Source of the DNA: an uncultured Chloroflexia bacterium
GTDB taxonomy: Bacteria; Chloroflexota; Limnocylindria; Limnocylindrales; CSP1-4
DNA: 64,000 nt
NCBI GenBank assembly: GCA_963740825.1
Contig: CAVUFD010000002.1
Location: 4,267 to 68,266 of the forward strand
Reading direction: 5' to 3'
Position numbers and translations under genes: made by a program. Positions 63,007-64,000 of this stretch are shown in pieces. Positions within the stretch are counted from its first letter, which is position 1; each line of letters begins with the position of its first letter. The notes below the pieces were generated by a model. It did not search any database. It was given only the letters and a program-made list of their open reading frames with translations, and had not been told where the DNA came from.

Positions 63007-64000
63007 CTACCAGGGCAGCAGGTCGCCCGACGCCCGGTACAGCTGGTTGAGGACCGGCTTGCCGTCGCCGGCCGGCTGGAGGAAGTTGGGCTGCGCCCGG
63101 TCCAGGATCAGGTGCGGCCGCATCCGGGCCTGGACGAGCTTCGTGCCGTCGAAGGTCGATTCGACCGTGATCCCCTCTTCCGTCGGGATGGACCAGGTCT
63201 GGTCGAACACGAGGTTGCCGAGCGCGTACCAGATCGGCTTGCCCTTGTAGACCTCCATCGCGCCCACCCAGTGCGGGTGGTTGCCGACGACCATATCGGC
63301 GCCGGCGTCGATCGCGGCCCGGCCGAGCTTCTGCTGCAGCGCCGTGGGCTTGGCCGTGTATTCGACGCCCCAGTGCGGCATGACGACGACCACGTCCGCG
63401 CCGGCGGCCCGCGCGGCGGCGACGTCGTGCTTGAGCGCCTTGACCGTCATGTGCGCGCTGCCGGGGCTGTCGGCCGCGGACCAGTACGAGGGCGCGATGG
63501 TGTCGTAGCCCAGCAGGCCGACCGTCACGTCGCCGGCCTTCACGAGTGCCGCCTTGTGCGCGGCCGTGGTGTTGCGACCGGCGCCGGAGTGCGCGATGTC
63601 GTGCTCGTCGAGGTTCTTCATCGTCTGGAGGATCCCGGAGTCGCCGGCGTCCCCGATGTGGTTGTTGGCCATCGAGACCCAGTCGAAGCCGGCGTCCTCG
63701 AGCGCGGCGATGTTGGCGCGGTTGGCCGAGAACACGGTTCCCGACGCATGGAACCGCCAGTCGTTGGGGGCGGGGTTCTCGAAGTTGGCAATCGCGACGT
63801 CGGCGCCCTTGAACAGGTCGCGGACCGCGCCCGCCTGGCCGGCGCGCTTGGTGTACGGCGTGTCCCAGCCGAACGGGGAGCAGTCCTTGCACGTGCCGGT
63901 GATGTCGGCGAAGCCGCCGTTGAACGGGAAGTCCGTGCCCGCGGCGTGGCCGTCGATCGCGAGCTTGACGCCCCGGTCGAGCAGGATGTCGCCGCCCGCG
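63007..64000 (-). CDS. capA: CapA/PgsA-family metallophosphatase (poly-gamma-glutamate capsule-synthesis-like), 5' end beyond the window
   Basis: ANFENPAPNDWRFHASGTVFSANRANIAALEDAGFDWVSMANNHIGDAG ... VMPHWGVEY ... VVGNHPHWV. The frame is open through to position 64000. Confidence 0.7.
   Translation of the reverse strand, partial: AGGDILLDRGVKLAIDGHAAGTDFPFNGGFADITGTCKDCSPFGWDTPYTKRAGQAGAVRDLFKGADVAIANFENPAPNDWRFHASGTVFSANRANIAALEDAGFDWVSMANNHIGDAGDSGILQTMKNLDEHDIAHSGAGRNTTAAHKAALVKAGDVTVGLLGYDTIAPSYWSAADSPGSAHMTVKALKHDVAAARAAGADVVVVMPHWGVEYTAKPTALQQKLGRAAIDAGADMVVGNHPHWVGAMEVYKGKPIWYALGNLVFDQTWSIPTEEGITVESTFDGTKLVQARMRPHLILDRAQPNFLQPAGDGKPVLNQLYRASGDLLPW

Overview
The window is high-GC (about 70%) bacterial chromosome. 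Its housekeeping synteny (prfA-prmC-tsaC-glyA-wecA-atpIBEFHAGDC-murA) and a mycothiol-type PIG-L deacetylase fit Actinobacteria or related Terrabacteria. The window contains four blocks. (1) 286-10700: an envelope-glycosylation island. It holds a SAM methyltransferase, a GT4, an O-antigen-ligase/PglL-like Wzy_C protein with TPR repeats, two tandem DUF2029/GT87 GT-C proteins and two ArnT/PMT-like GT-C proteins. The island is riddled with frame disruptions. (2) 10764-21539: a cytoplasmic DegS/DegU-like module (HK, NarL-type RR, second HK-like protein with degenerate ATPase) followed by a Tad/Flp pilus locus. The second HK's stop overlaps (ATGA) the start of the first of four Flp-family prepilin genes. 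The pilins are followed by cpaB, REC-cpaE/tadZ, cpaF/tadA, tadB, tadC and a DUF192 gene. Next come comFC, hpf, a DUF2087 regulator, nfo and a third ArnT/PMT-like GT-C gene. (3) 27704-53871, all on the minus strand: LPG-synthase-TM protein, PHP esterase, mreB, murA, and the complete F1Fo ATP synthase operon atpC-D-G-A-H-F-E-B plus atpZ/I. The operon carries two unusually long repeat-bearing intercistronic spacers. Upstream of it lie a lineage-specific cadherin-like secreted protein and a PKD/Pro-Thr-rich membrane protein, then wecA, glyA, tsaC, a Cof hydrolase, prmC, a glycogen-debranching-type enzyme wedged between prmC and prfA, prfA and a DUF1385 gene. (4) 53886-64000: an IS110-family transposase; a LiaFSR-like toastrack-HK unit whose NarL-type RR is inverted and separated from it by a repeat-rich spacer; a CoA-transferase; a YbaK deacylase; an MshB/Mca-like deacetylase; and a partial capA. 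Frameshifts in essential genes (prfA, tsaC) show the assembly carries indel errors at G/C homopolymers, so fragmented ORFs are reported as single genes. No rRNA, tRNA or CRISPR array was found.
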